From sequence record SRR22947727_339: a stretch of 64,000 nucleotides of DNA; one strand, given 5' to 3'. A program made the position numbers and the translations under genes. Below, piece by piece: positions 1 to 10,760 of this stretch. Each line of letters begins with the position of its first letter. Position 1 is the first letter of the stretch. The notes below the pieces were generated by a model, which did not search any database, was not told where the DNA came from, and saw only the letters and a list, made by a program, of their open reading frames with translations.

Positions 1-1
1 T

Positions 2-460
2 CTTGGTGCAAAAATAGCTAAACCCGATGTGCCAGTTGTAGGATTTGCTGGAGACGGTGCATTTGGAATTTCTATGAATGAAATGACAGCTTGCGGCCGA
101 GGTGACTGGCCTGCAATTACACAAGTTATTTTTAGAAACTATCAATGGGGCGCGGAAAAAAGAAATACGACTTTATGGTATGATAATAACTTTGTTGGCA
201 CAGAACTCAATCTTGGTGTTGAATATGCAAAAGTAGCTGAAGCCTGTGGCCTTAGAGGATTGCAAGTTACTACAATGACTGAATTAACCGAAGCCATAAG
301 GGAGGGTGTACGCCTTCAAATGGAAGAGAATATAACAACGTTTATAGAATGCGTTTTAAATCAAGAATTAGGGGAACCCTTCCGAAGAGATGCCATGAAG
401 AAACCTGTTAAAGTTGCTGGAATAAACCTAGAAGACATGAAACCTCAAATAGGCGGGTAA
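2..460 (+). CDS. xsc: Sulfoacetaldehyde acetyltransferase, C-terminal part (5' end outside window)
   Basis: TPP motif GDGAFG...N plus Xsc-type NYQWGAEKRNTTLWYDNNFVGTEL and NQELGEPFRRDAM; frame open from base 2; followed by pta. Confidence 0.93.
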   Translation, partial: LGAKIAKPDVPVVGFAGDGAFGISMNEMTACGRGDWPAITQVIFRNYQWGAEKRNTTLWYDNNFVGTELNLGVEYAKVAEACGLRGLQVTTMTELTEAIREGVRLQMEENITTFIECVLNQELGEPFRRDAMKKPVKVAGINLEDMKPQIGG

Positions 461-474
461 AGTTTATTTAGAGG

Positions 475-1470
475 ATGTTTATGAATTCCATTAATGAAAT
501 GTTTGAGCGCGCAAAGTCATCGCCTAAACATATAGTTCTTGCCGAAGGTACTGATCAGAGAATTATAGATGCTGCCATAAAAGCAGTTAATAAAAAGATA
601 GCAAAAATAACACTTCTTGGTGATGAAAAAACTATACGAACCCTGCTTTCAAAATCCGGTGACACACACCAGGAAATTTTAGTAATAAATCCAATTCTGT
701 CGTATGAAATGTTTCTGGAAGATTTTTGTAATTTAAAAGTTACCAAAAGTATCAACTTAGAAACTGCTAAATCAGAACTTAAAAGGCCTTTAAATTTTGC
801 AAACATGATGGTCCGAAAAGGATTAGCAGATGGTTCTGTTGCGGGAGCAACCCACACCTCAAAAGAAGTTATTGTGTCGGCACTAAAAATTATAGGTACA
901 AAAATACCAGAGGGACTTATTTCCAGTTCTTTCATTATGCAGATGCCTCATAATTCAAAAGCATTAAAAGGAGCTGTTATTTTTTCTGACGGAGGAGTGG
1001 TTATAGATCCAAATGCACATGAGTTAGCTCAAATAACAATCGCATCTTCTGAAACTGCTAAATCTTTATTAAATCTGGAGCCTAAAATTGCGCTACTATC
1101 ATTTTCTACACATAAAAGCGCCAATCATCCGCATGTAGATAAAATATGTGATGCATTAAAATTAGTTAAAACTCTCAACCCAAAATTAAAGGTAGATGGA
1201 CCGCTACAATTTGATACTGCTATAATACCCTCAGTAGCTAGTAAAAAAGCACCTACCTCTAGTATAGCAGGTAATGCAAATATATTTATTTTTCCTGATT
1301 TAAACTCAGGAAATATAGCTTATAAAATCACTGAACGCCTAGGAGGAGCAAAAGCTATTGGGCCTATACTTCAGGGTCTTAATCAACCCGCAAATGATTT
1401 ATCTCGTGGTTCTGATGTTGAAGCAATATTTAATATGGTTATGGTGACTGTACTTCAAGCTCAGGCTTGA
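475..1470 (+). CDS. pta: Phosphate acetyltransferase
   Basis: IVLAEG, ALLSFST, DGPLQFD, FPDLNSGNIAYK, GPILQGL..PANDLSRG motifs; usual partner of xsc. Confidence 0.93.
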   Translation: MFMNSINEMFERAKSSPKHIVLAEGTDQRIIDAAIKAVNKKIAKITLLGDEKTIRTLLSKSGDTHQEILVINPILSYEMFLEDFCNLKVTKSINLETAKSELKRPLNFANMMVRKGLADGSVAGATHTSKEVIVSALKIIGTKIPEGLISSSFIMQMPHNSKALKGAVIFSDGGVVIDPNAHELAQITIASSETAKSLLNLEPKIALLSFSTHKSANHPHVDKICDALKLVKTLNPKLKVDGPLQFDTAIIPSVASKKAPTSSIAGNANIFIFPDLNSGNIAYKITERLGGAKAIGPILQGLNQPANDLSRGSDVEAIFNMVMVTVLQAQA

Positions 1471-1488
1471 GGTGGGGGGGTATAATTA

Positions 1489-2496
1489 ATGCAAGCAAAA
1501 ATATCAGAATTTAAAAATCATACTCCAGGTCTTGTTGTTTGCATTTTTACAGGAATTCTTGCCGCCTTTATATCAAAGGTAACAATGATACCTGTAATGT
1601 TGCTTGCCATTATAATTGGATTATTGCTGCATGCTTTAAATTCAGTTTCTATTTTTAAAGATGGAATAAATTGGAGCTCGCGTGGCTTACTTTATATTGG
1701 GGTTGCATTAATGGGTCTACGTATAGATTTAACCGATCTATCCCAGATAGGTTTCATGGCTCCACTTTTTGTTATTATAACACTTATAATAATGCTTCCA
1801 GTAGGTTATTTAATAGCTAGAGTTTTAGGGCAGCCAAAAGATTTTTCAATTCTCATGAGCGGCGCCGTTGGAATATGCGGCGTATCAGCCGCTGCTGCAA
1901 TTTACTCTGCTCTGGAGGATAACCCGCTTCGTGATGCTCAACTTGCAATTACTGTTGCAGGCATAACTGTTCTATCTACATTAGCTATGCTTCTATATCC
2001 ATTTATATCCAATGCTTTAAATTTAAACATATTAGAAAGCGGAGTTTTTATAGGAGGCGGTATACACAATGTATCACAAGCCGTTGGTGCTGGATATGCA
2101 GTTTCAAATGAGGCAGGAGATCTCGCCGTTATATTTAAACTCATACGCGTTTCCATGCTGTTACCGGTTATCATTATTATATCACTGGTCTGGGGAAAAA
2201 GCTCCAGTACACCCTACCTTAACTTGAGGTCCAAGCTTAGGGCGAGCACACCTCCGTTTTTAATTGTATTTTGCCTATTAGCGTTGCTTAGCTGCTTAAA
2301 TATTATTCCTGATTTAGCAAAGAACGCAGGTAATATATCCGCACATTGGGCATTAATAATATCCTTGGTGGCGATCGGTATAAAAACAGATATGAAATTA
2401 GTCATGAAAGTTGGTGCAAAACCCCTTACAATCATGACTTTGACAACAATATTCATGGGCGCAATGCTTCTTATTGGGGTGTCAATAATAACTTAA
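1489..2496 (+). CDS. YeiH/putative sulfate exporter (TauZ-like) membrane protein
   Basis: Polytopic hydrophobic protein with LLYIGVALMG, GICGVSAAAA, HNVSQAVGAG, KLIRV motifs; downstream of xsc-pta. Confidence 0.85.
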   Translation: MQAKISEFKNHTPGLVVCIFTGILAAFISKVTMIPVMLLAIIIGLLLHALNSVSIFKDGINWSSRGLLYIGVALMGLRIDLTDLSQIGFMAPLFVIITLIIMLPVGYLIARVLGQPKDFSILMSGAVGICGVSAAAAIYSALEDNPLRDAQLAITVAGITVLSTLAMLLYPFISNALNLNILESGVFIGGGIHNVSQAVGAGYAVSNEAGDLAVIFKLIRVSMLLPVIIIISLVWGKSSSTPYLNLRSKLRASTPPFLIVFCLLALLSCLNIIPDLAKNAGNISAHWALIISLVAIGIKTDMKLVMKVGAKPLTIMTLTTIFMGAMLLIGVSIIT

Positions 2497-2786
2497 TACA
2501 ATCCCAGTAATTTTTATGGTATTACCTAACAAGTATCACACTTTCAAAACTCTATGAGTTAAAAAATAATATTCCTCAATATATCTTGTTTAAAGTATAA
2601 TTTACCCAAAATTTATATTTAATAGAGAATTTTTTTCCTATATATTTGTATATTATAGCATAGAAATTGATTCAAAAATGTAAAATTTTGTAAGTGAGTG
2701 CATCATATTTACTACCTTTAAAAAAAACAGGAATTACCACCTAAGAGAATTATTTCTACACTTTATTAATATTAAGCAGGGGTAAA

Positions 2787-5700
2787 ATGAACTCAACAGT
2801 AAAATTACCAAATATTACACTTGCGGACAAATATACCCTAGATCGTGGCCGCGTATTCGTGACAGGGCAGCAGGCAATCATTCGCTTGATGATGATACAG
2901 AGAAAAATAGATGAAAAAGCAGGATTGAATACAGGTGGTTTTATATCGGGCTATAGGGGCTCCCCTATGACAGCTATTGATATAGAGCTATGGCGCGCAG
3001 GAGAAAAAACTCTCGAGGAACATCATGTTAAATTCTGGCCAGGGCTCAATGAAAATATGGCTATGACTGCAGTCTGGGGAACCCAAAAAGTTGGTTTTAA
3101 AGATGATGCAAAATATGATGGTGTTTACTCAATGTGGTATGGCAAAGGGCCAGGGCTAGATCAAACAATTGATGGTTTGCGCCAAGCTACTTTGCACGGC
3201 ACAACAAAGCATGGTGGAGTCCTTGTGCTTTGTGGTGATGACCCTGATATGACGTCCACAACTGACCCCTATCATTCTGAACTACTTTTTGAAGACCTTC
3301 TAATGCCAGTCTTGTACCCCGCAGATATTCAGGATGTTTTTGATTTAGGTATTTATGGCATTGCTCTATCGCGGTTTTGCGGATCCTTTGTGGGTTATAA
3401 ATTAATACCTGAGACAATTGAAACATCTGCATCAATTGATGGCGATTATAACCGAATTAAGATTTCCTATCCAAAATTTATATTCCCAAAAGACGGCGTT
3501 AACGCACGGCGCCTAAATGACATATACGACATGGATAAACGTGCAAGAAAATATAAATTACCGGCAGCATTGGCATTTGCGCGCGCCAATAATCTTAACC
3601 GTATTACACTTGAAAGCCCAAAGAAAAAATTTGGTATTGTTGCCATGGGTAAGGAGTGGAGCAATGTAAAACAAGCCCTGAGTGATCTCGGTATTAGTGA
3701 AATAAAGGCTAAATCCCTCGGTATCAATGTGCTCAAAATAGCTATGCCCTTCCCTTCTGATGATGATCTATACAGAGAGTTTGCTAGAGGGATGGATGAA
3801 GTTCTGGTAATCGAAGATAAGCGGGAACAAATTCAAAATGGATTCATGCGCGGCTGTTATGATCTTCCAGATAAAGAACGCCCTCGAATAGTCGGAAGAA
3901 CAGATGAAAACGGTAAACCACTAGTTATTGATTACAAGCAAACAAATTCAGACAGAATAGCACGCATTATAGCAGAAAGAATCGCTTATTTTTACACAAG
4001 CAATGAAATAGAGACCCGTCTTGAATTACTGAATAACTGCCAAGAGTCCATAGCAAAGGCTAATTCTATTCACACTAAACATGTACCTTATTTTTGCTCT
4101 GGTTGCCCTCATAATACTTCTACCAAAGTTCCAGAAGGCAGCAAAGCAATTGGCGGTGTTGGTTGTCATTATATGGCAACTTGGATGGATCGAGATGTTG
4201 AAGGGTTTACCCATATGGGAGGTGAAGGTGCGACATGGATTGGCGAGGAACCTTTTGTAAATAGTAAGCATACATTTCAACAATTGGGGGATGGCACCTA
4301 CTTTCATAGTGGGTCATTAGCCATTAGGGCAACTGTTGCAGCTGGGTCCAATATCACATTTAAAATACTCTTCAACGACGCCGTCGCGATGACAGGCGGA
4401 CAGCCAGTTGATGGACAAATTACTGTACAAATGATTACCCATCAAGTTTACCAAGAAGGGGTCAAGCGAATTGCTATAGTAACTGATGAACCCTTCAAAT
4501 ATGGAAAGAAACCAGGATTTGCAATCGGGACTACTATCCATCACCGACGGGAACTTGATAGTGTCCAACGAGATTTAAGAGATATTAAGGGTACTACAGT
4601 TTTAATTTATGATCAAACTTGCGCCGCTGAAAAACGTCGTCGCCGTAAGCGTGGAACCCTTCCCGATACACCCAAACGCGCCTTTATCAATGACCGTCTT
4701 TGCGAAGGATGTGGAGATTGTTCGAAAAAGTCCAACTGCCTATCCGTTCAGCCGTTAGATACAGAGTATGGCCGCAAACGGCAGATACATCAGTCATCTT
4801 GCAATAAGGACTATTCTTGCGTTGACGGCTTCTGTCCGAGCTTTGTCACTGTTCATGGGGGTGATATGAAACGAGGGATAGAAATCAATAATTTCAAAGC
4901 TACGGTACCTTCACCCCAATTATATAATATCGTTAAGGGTGAGACCTATGGAGTGCTAATTGCAGGTGTTGGCGGAACGGGGGTAGTCACGATTGGTGCA
5001 CTTTTAGGAACTGCCGCTCATATAGAAGGCAGAGGGGTATCTATTGTTGATCAAATGGGATTTTCTCAAAAAGGTGGGCCCGTCATGACACATATCCAAT
5101 TTGCAAATTACCAATCCGAAATTAATGCAGCTAGACTAACAAGTGGCGGGTCCGACGTTTTAATCGCTTGTGATATGATGACTTCAGGCATGGATAAAGT
5201 TTTAGAAACACTAAGTCCAAATAAAACAAAGGCATTCATTAATCTAGAAAAAACAATATCGAGTGATTTTATAGACGATCCTGACCTTAACTACCCTTTA
5301 GAAGAACTACAAAACAGGTTTTCTACTATGCTTGCATCCGAAAATATAGAATATCTTGATGCAACCCGTATGGCTGTAAAGTTACTAGGGGATTCAATCG
5401 GAGCAAATTTATTCTTAGTCGGCTATGCTTGGCAAAAAGGTGCATTACCTATTGGTAAAGAGGCTATATTCAAAGCTATAGAACTAAATGGTGTAAAACC
5501 CGATTGGAATAAACAAGCTTTTGAATGGGGACGTCTTGCGGCCCATAAACCCCAAGCAATATCCGAATTAATAAAAATTGAGCCCCCAAAATCAAAAACA
5601 GATATTGAATTTATTGAAGCGCGTATTGCTGATTTGATACTTTATCAAAATGCTTCTTATGCCGAAAGATACAAAATTCTCGTTCAAAAAATAGTGGATT

Positions 5701-6251
5701 TAGAAAAAAATAAAACAAAAGGACAGAGTGGACTAACCCGTGCTGTCGCAACATTTGCATATAAACTAATGGCATATAAAGACGAATATGAAGTTGCAAG
5801 ACTTCAAACTATGCCGATATTTGCAGAAAAACTCGCTGAAACCTTTGATGGTAATTATAAAATTAAGTATCATCTGTCCCCTCCGCTAATTTCTAAAAAA
5901 GATCCACATACTGGACGTCCAAGAAAATATGAAATTGGAGGTTGGATAACGCCAATTCTTAAAATTATATCAAATATGAAAGGGTTGCGCGGGACACCCT
6001 TTGATATTTTTGGATACACCTCAGAACGTAAAACAGAGCGAAACCTTATAGTACAATATGAAGCTACTGTTAATATGTTAATAGAAGGGCTAACAAATGA
6101 TAATTATGCACTCGCAGTTGATATAGCCAATTTACCCGATAAAATTAGGGGTTATGGGTACATAAAAGAAGAAAGTATAAAACAGTATAATAAAGAAAAT
6201 AAAATACTCATCGGAAAATTTCGTAGCTCACTTTACAAAAGTCAGAAATGA
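2787..6251 (+). CDS. Fused indolepyruvate:ferredoxin oxidoreductase family protein
   Basis: SGYRGSP, WYGKGPG, PYFCSGCPHN, TPP motif GDGTYFHSG, 4Fe-4S CEGCGDC..NC, GVGGTGVVTIG, C-terminal MAYKDEYEVARL. Confidence 0.92.
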   Translation: MNSTVKLPNITLADKYTLDRGRVFVTGQQAIIRLMMIQRKIDEKAGLNTGGFISGYRGSPMTAIDIELWRAGEKTLEEHHVKFWPGLNENMAMTAVWGTQKVGFKDDAKYDGVYSMWYGKGPGLDQTIDGLRQATLHGTTKHGGVLVLCGDDPDMTSTTDPYHSELLFEDLLMPVLYPADIQDVFDLGIYGIALSRFCGSFVGYKLIPETIETSASIDGDYNRIKISYPKFIFPKDGVNARRLNDIYDMDKRARKYKLPAALAFARANNLNRITLESPKKKFGIVAMGKEWSNVKQALSDLGISEIKAKSLGINVLKIAMPFPSDDDLYREFARGMDEVLVIEDKREQIQNGFMRGCYDLPDKERPRIVGRTDENGKPLVIDYKQTNSDRIARIIAERIAYFYTSNEIETRLELLNNCQESIAKANSIHTKHVPYFCSGCPHNTSTKVPEGSKAIGGVGCHYMATWMDRDVEGFTHMGGEGATWIGEEPFVNSKHTFQQLGDGTYFHSGSLAIRATVAAGSNITFKILFNDAVAMTGGQPVDGQITVQMITHQVYQEGVKRIAIVTDEPFKYGKKPGFAIGTTIHHRRELDSVQRDLRDIKGTTVLIYDQTCAAEKRRRRKRGTLPDTPKRAFINDRLCEGCGDCSKKSNCLSVQPLDTEYGRKRQIHQSSCNKDYSCVDGFCPSFVTVHGGDMKRGIEINNFKATVPSPQLYNIVKGETYGVLIAGVGGTGVVTIGALLGTAAHIEGRGVSIVDQMGFSQKGGPVMTHIQFANYQSEINAARLTSGGSDVLIACDMMTSGMDKVLETLSPNKTKAFINLEKTISSDFIDDPDLNYPLEELQNRFSTMLASENIEYLDATRMAVKLLGDSIGANLFLVGYAWQKGALPIGKEAIFKAIELNGVKPDWNKQAFEWGRLAAHKPQAISELIKIEPPKSKTDIEFIEARIADLILYQNASYAERYKILVQKIVDLEKNKTKGQSGLTRAVATFAYKLMAYKDEYEVARLQTMPIFAEKLAETFDGNYKIKYHLSPPLISKKDPHTGRPRKYEIGGWITPILKIISNMKGLRGTPFDIFGYTSERKTERNLIVQYEATVNMLIEGLTNDNYALAVDIANLPDKIRGYGYIKEESIKQYNKENKILIGKFRSSLYKSQK

Positions 6252-6301
6252 GAAAACAATTAAGAAAATTTTCTAAATAATAACTGCTTTAAAAAGATTA
6301 T

Positions 6302-6679
6302 TTACCCCTGACACATAGCGCATATTTTATTACCCGACGGGTCTCTTAGATATGATAAATATAACCGCATTGCGCCGCTCTCGCGCCATCCTGGAGGATC
6401 TTCAATTGCCGTACCACCATTCGCAAGTCCTGCTGCATGAAAAGCATCCGCTTCCTCTGGAGTCTTTGCTGCGAAACCTATTGTACTGCCATTAGCGGCA
6501 GTTGCCTCTTTGCCATCTATTGGTTTTGTAAGAAGTAAAATACCGCCAGAATGAAGATACATAGCGCGTCCCTTGGGATCTATGAATGACGGTTTAACCC
6601 CCATTGCACCTAACGCAGCATCGTAAAATATTTTTGATTTCTCAATATTATTGGCGCCCAACATAACGTGACTAAACAT
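6302..6679 (-). CDS. VOC (glyoxalase/bleomycin resistance) family protein
   Basis: MFSHVMLG..FYD, NGSTIGF, EDPPG.R, YLRDPSGNKIC. Confidence 0.88.
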   Translation of the reverse strand: MFSHVMLGANNIEKSKIFYDAALGAMGVKPSFIDPKGRAMYLHSGGILLLTKPIDGKEATAANGSTIGFAAKTPEEADAFHAAGLANGGTAIEDPPGWRESGAMRLYLSYLRDPSGNKICAMCQG

Positions 6680-6727
6680 AGAAACTCCAATTTAAATATA
6701 TTTAATTTTTCTTGCCGTATTGTTATA

Positions 6728-7879
6728 TTATTTTAAATCTTCGGCAAGGTGCTTATGAAAGTTTACAATAGCTTTTTCAAACAAACCAAAAGTAAGATGG
6801 CTATTTGCATCAGATGATACAGTTTCTTGAATAGCCCTTGCAGCCTCTAAATCTTCACTTAATCCAAACTTTGATACAAAATCGGAATCGCGTTTTGCAT
6901 CTTCTACAGAAATTTTAAAATCATCTGTTTGCCTGTTTACTAAAGTATAAGAGACAAGCTTTGAGTAACCCGGACTAATAGGCTCCATAATTGTGAGGTT
7001 AGAATGCTTAGATAGTACGGTAACACTCGCATTTGGATAAAGATGATATACAGATGTCATACTTCCATTAATAGACTGCTTTTTAGAATCAGAAGACCTT
7101 AATTTTTCAATTCTTCTAAACGGAAAAATAACTCTCGCATTTGGTCCATATGTTTCCACCAGATTTGTATTATCTAAACCATAAGGATAAAATGATTTTT
7201 GGTGGAGGGATTTGATATGATAACCCTCTAATAATGTTTCAATTAAAATCTTCCAATTTGCTTTTTCTTCAATTTCACCACTTTGAAAAAGTTGCTGTTC
7301 GCTAGAAAAAAAATCAAGACACTTATCTAGCATGCCATCTTTAATTTTTCCCTTTTGCATCACATAAATAATCCCGCCTTTTTCTTTCGCGCTAATTTCA
7401 ACAAGACCATTTTCAGTCATGTCAAAACCTGGGAAAGCTTCTTCACCTGGTATCCTTTTTAACTTCCCCTCAAGATTATAAGTCCAAGCATGGTAGGGGC
7501 AAACAAATGCTTTAGCGCAGCCGTCACCGCTAGCCACTTGCATACCTCTATGCCGGCAGGCGTTGATGAATGCTCTTACAACCCCGTCTAAACCTCTAAC
7601 AACTAATAAAGGCGTACCCGCAGCTTTACGGGCTATGTAGCTGCCATTCTTTGATAAAGCAGCAGATGGACAAAATGGTACTGGCAATTTTTTTAATAGC
7701 TCTAATTCCGCCTCAAAACGTGCTTGCTTATAATAATGTGATGTCGGTTCCTGCCAAGTTTCATTTCCAAGGTCGGTAGTGCCATTATCAATATGATTAA
7801 ATACACGATCTAAAACTTCTTCATCATTTAGTAAATCTATATTACTGGGTGGTTTTGATAGAGAATAAATTTTTGACAT
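6728..7879 (-). CDS. Rieske non-heme iron oxygenase, alpha subunit
   Basis: Rieske motifs NACRHRG...CPYHAW; mononuclear iron motif NWK...EGYHIKSLH and distal ED. Confidence 0.9.
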   Translation of the reverse strand: MSKIYSLSKPPSNIDLLNDEEVLDRVFNHIDNGTTDLGNETWQEPTSHYYKQARFEAELELLKKLPVPFCPSAALSKNGSYIARKAAGTPLLVVRGLDGVVRAFINACRHRGMQVASGDGCAKAFVCPYHAWTYNLEGKLKRIPGEEAFPGFDMTENGLVEISAKEKGGIIYVMQKGKIKDGMLDKCLDFFSSEQQLFQSGEIEEKANWKILIETLLEGYHIKSLHQKSFYPYGLDNTNLVETYGPNARVIFPFRRIEKLRSSDSKKQSINGSMTSVYHLYPNASVTVLSKHSNLTIMEPISPGYSKLVSYTLVNRQTDDFKISVEDAKRDSDFVSKFGLSEDLEAARAIQETVSSDANSHLTFGLFEKAIVNFHKHLAEDLK

Positions 7880-8050
7880 AATTGTTCATAAGCATTTATT
7901 CCTTACTTTAAACTAAATTTTTATTTTAAATCATGAATTTTTACAAGTATCAGTAGGGTTCAAATTAGTTGGCAAAATATGAAAGTGATTGATTTGTATA
8001 AAATATGATGACTATAGTATAACCCATTCATGGAAAAATAGAGGCTTACT

Positions 8051-10717
8051 ATGATACGTTGGGTTTTTGGAATTTTTATTTTTTTTCTCAGTTTTGTAAT
8101 TGCGTTTAATGCTGCTTCACAGAATATGATTGAGGCGAATTATGACTCAAAAATTCCAACCCTCCTTGAAAGCGTAGGCCATTCTAATGGAGACCGTATT
8201 ACCTCACCAGCTCAGGCTCTTTCCTATTTGAACGACTTGCAAACCTCTGCACCAGAAAGCATGATCATTAAGTCTTACGCTAAATCCTGGCAGGGACGGG
8301 ACCTAGTCGCCGCCATTATCAGTTCACCAGAAAATATAAAGCGCCTTGATGAGATTAAAGCTGATATACAAAAGTTAGCAGACGGCAATCTCTCGCCAAG
8401 TGATCGCGAAAAACTCATCATCAACACTCCAGCAGTAACATGGCTTTCATATGGTGTTCATGGAGACGAAATTTCATCAACAGATGCGGGCTTAAGCCTG
8501 GCCTATCATTTATTAGCCGCTCAGGATGACCCGATCGTTAGCATAATACTCAAAGATACCATTGTTATAATAGATCCTGTACAAAATCCCGATGGCCGAG
8601 AAAGGTTTATACAATCATTTGAGTCCTCATTAGGCCTTGAGCCCCTATCAGATAGGTATAGCGCTGAACATGATCAGCCATGGCCCGGCGGAAGATTCAA
8701 CCATTATCTTTTTGATTTAAATAGAGATTGGTTTGCTGTGTCTCAGCCTGAAACTCGAGGTAAGATCAAAGCTATATTAGAATGGAACCCTGTTGTTGTA
8801 GTTGATGCTCATGAAATGGACGGTGACGAAACTTATTTTTTTGCACCAGCCGCTAAACCTTTTAACCCTGGCATCACAGATAAGCAGCGGCAGAAGCAAT
8901 TCCTACTTGGTAAAAACCATGCAGATTGGTTTGACAAATATGGTATTGAATATTTTACGCGTGAAATTTTTGATCAATTTTATCCTGGCTATGGTGATAT
9001 GTGGCCAACTCTCAACGGCGCTATTGCTATGACTTACGAACAAGGGTCAGCTAGAGGGCTTTTATATAAAAGATCTAATGGAGAAGAACTCACTTATTTT
9101 GAGAGCGTTAAAAATCACTTCATAGCAACGCTTTCAACTGCTGAAGTAGTGGCAAAAAATAGAAATCTCTTCTTGAAAGATTATGCAAATTATCGAGCAT
9201 CAACTTTAAAAGAAGGACAAAAATCGAACAACCGTTACTTTGTTGTTGATCGCAGCAAGAAAGCTTGGGACGTGGACCAGTTTGCTCAAAGAATGGTTCT
9301 GCAAGGCATAAACACTCATCAAGTCATTGGCTCTAGTAAATTGTGCGGACAAGAATACCCAAAAGGGGCTGTCATAATTGATCAGGCTCAGCCTAATGGT
9401 AGGTTAATTAAATCCTTACTCGCTGATAGCACCCCCCTACCAAAGGATTTCATGGCAGAACAAGAATCTCGCCGTGACCGCGGTCTTCCTCATGAATTAT
9501 ATGATGTAACAGCGTGGTCAATACCTATGATGGACGGCTTATCAGTCACAACCTGTAAGTCAGCTGATTTATCAAAGGCCGCCCTAATAAAGTTAGGCGA
9601 AACCCCTAAAGTTCCCAGTATATCTAAAGCCTCTTTTGGTTATGCTATCCCTTGGTCCGATGCAGGACAGGCAAAGTTAGTCTTGGCGGCTTTATCAGAA
9701 GGTTTCAAAGGCAAAACAACCGATAAGAGCTTTACAGTGGGAGACCGTGAATACCCTCGCGGCACAACTATTTTTCCTGTAAAAGGAAATCCTGAGAACT
9801 TAGTGTCTCGGCTAAACGAAATATCCAGCAAGATTGGTGCCGAAGTTGTACCTATGGAGAGTAGCTGGGTTGAAGATGGCCCTAATTTTGGATCAAATGA
9901 ATTCAAATATTTAAAATTACCTAAAATAGCTTTAGCTTGGGGCGAAGGAATGGTTCCCACTGAGACAGGTGCTACCCGGTTTGTTATTGAACGCTATCTC
10001 GGCGCTCCTGTAACGCCCATCAAAGTGAAAACATTGGGCAGAGCAACTCTTGAAGATTATGATGTTATTATCTTACCACAAACCTACTCTAATTTTTCGT
10101 ATGTACTCGGCGATACCGGCATTGAAGCTTTGAAAACATTTGTATCAAATGGCGGAGTATTAGTTGGTTTTGATACTGCATTAGAAACGCTTACTAGTGA
10201 GAATTTTGATTTATTGTCAACATCCTTAGAGACTGCTGCAACTGAGGACAAAAATAACAAAGAAGACAAAGGTGCCAATAAAGAGACCAATCTTGTTTCC
10301 GGTACAGTAATCAAAACAAAAGACGATTATAAAGCAGCCATAACGGATCCAGAAAAAAATCCTGATTCAGTGCCAGGCGTATTAGTAAATACTATTATCG
10401 ACACCGATCATTGGTTGTCAGCAGGTTATGAAGAAGCTTCAGCGCTACTACGGGGCAGTAATATTTTTCAACCGCTTAATGAAGCCGACGGCACAAATGT
10501 ATTTAGCTATGCTGGCCCTGAGGAGTTACTAAAAAGTGGATATTTGTGGGAAGAAAACCGGCGCCAGCTTGCCTTCAAGCCTTTCGTTATGGCGCAACCC
10601 CATGGTGAGGGCATAGTTATAGGCTTTACCCAAAGTCCTGTTACGCGCGCTTATTTAAATGGCCTAACTCTGCTGCTGGCCAATGCCATAATTCTTGGAC
10701 CCGCACACACAGGTTAG
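8051..10717 (+). CDS. Secreted M14-family zinc carboxypeptidase with C-terminal GATase-like domain
   Basis: Signal peptide; VHGDE (HxxE), NPDG, DLNRDW, DAHEM, YEQG; C-terminal DYDVIILP...FVSNGGVLV. Confidence 0.88.
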   Translation: MIRWVFGIFIFFLSFVIAFNAASQNMIEANYDSKIPTLLESVGHSNGDRITSPAQALSYLNDLQTSAPESMIIKSYAKSWQGRDLVAAIISSPENIKRLDEIKADIQKLADGNLSPSDREKLIINTPAVTWLSYGVHGDEISSTDAGLSLAYHLLAAQDDPIVSIILKDTIVIIDPVQNPDGRERFIQSFESSLGLEPLSDRYSAEHDQPWPGGRFNHYLFDLNRDWFAVSQPETRGKIKAILEWNPVVVVDAHEMDGDETYFFAPAAKPFNPGITDKQRQKQFLLGKNHADWFDKYGIEYFTREIFDQFYPGYGDMWPTLNGAIAMTYEQGSARGLLYKRSNGEELTYFESVKNHFIATLSTAEVVAKNRNLFLKDYANYRASTLKEGQKSNNRYFVVDRSKKAWDVDQFAQRMVLQGINTHQVIGSSKLCGQEYPKGAVIIDQAQPNGRLIKSLLADSTPLPKDFMAEQESRRDRGLPHELYDVTAWSIPMMDGLSVTTCKSADLSKAALIKLGETPKVPSISKASFGYAIPWSDAGQAKLVLAALSEGFKGKTTDKSFTVGDREYPRGTTIFPVKGNPENLVSRLNEISSKIGAEVVPMESSWVEDGPNFGSNEFKYLKLPKIALAWGEGMVPTETGATRFVIERYLGAPVTPIKVKTLGRATLEDYDVIILPQTYSNFSYVLGDTGIEALKTFVSNGGVLVGFDTALETLTSENFDLLSTSLETAATEDKNNKEDKGANKETNLVSGTVIKTKDDYKAAITDPEKNPDSVPGVLVNTIIDTDHWLSAGYEEASALLRGSNIFQPLNEADGTNVFSYAGPEELLKSGYLWEENRRQLAFKPFVMAQPHGEGIVIGFTQSPVTRAYLNGLTLLLANAIILGPAHTG

Positions 10718-10760
10718 TTATCAGAGATTACTCAAACTACCATTTCAATGGAGTACCGGA

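Noticed and set aside
2700..2760. Imperfect repeats TTACTACCT/TTACCACCT and an Lrp-like AT-rich box upstream of the IOR gene
   Set aside because: Too short and degenerate to separate from background without comparative data
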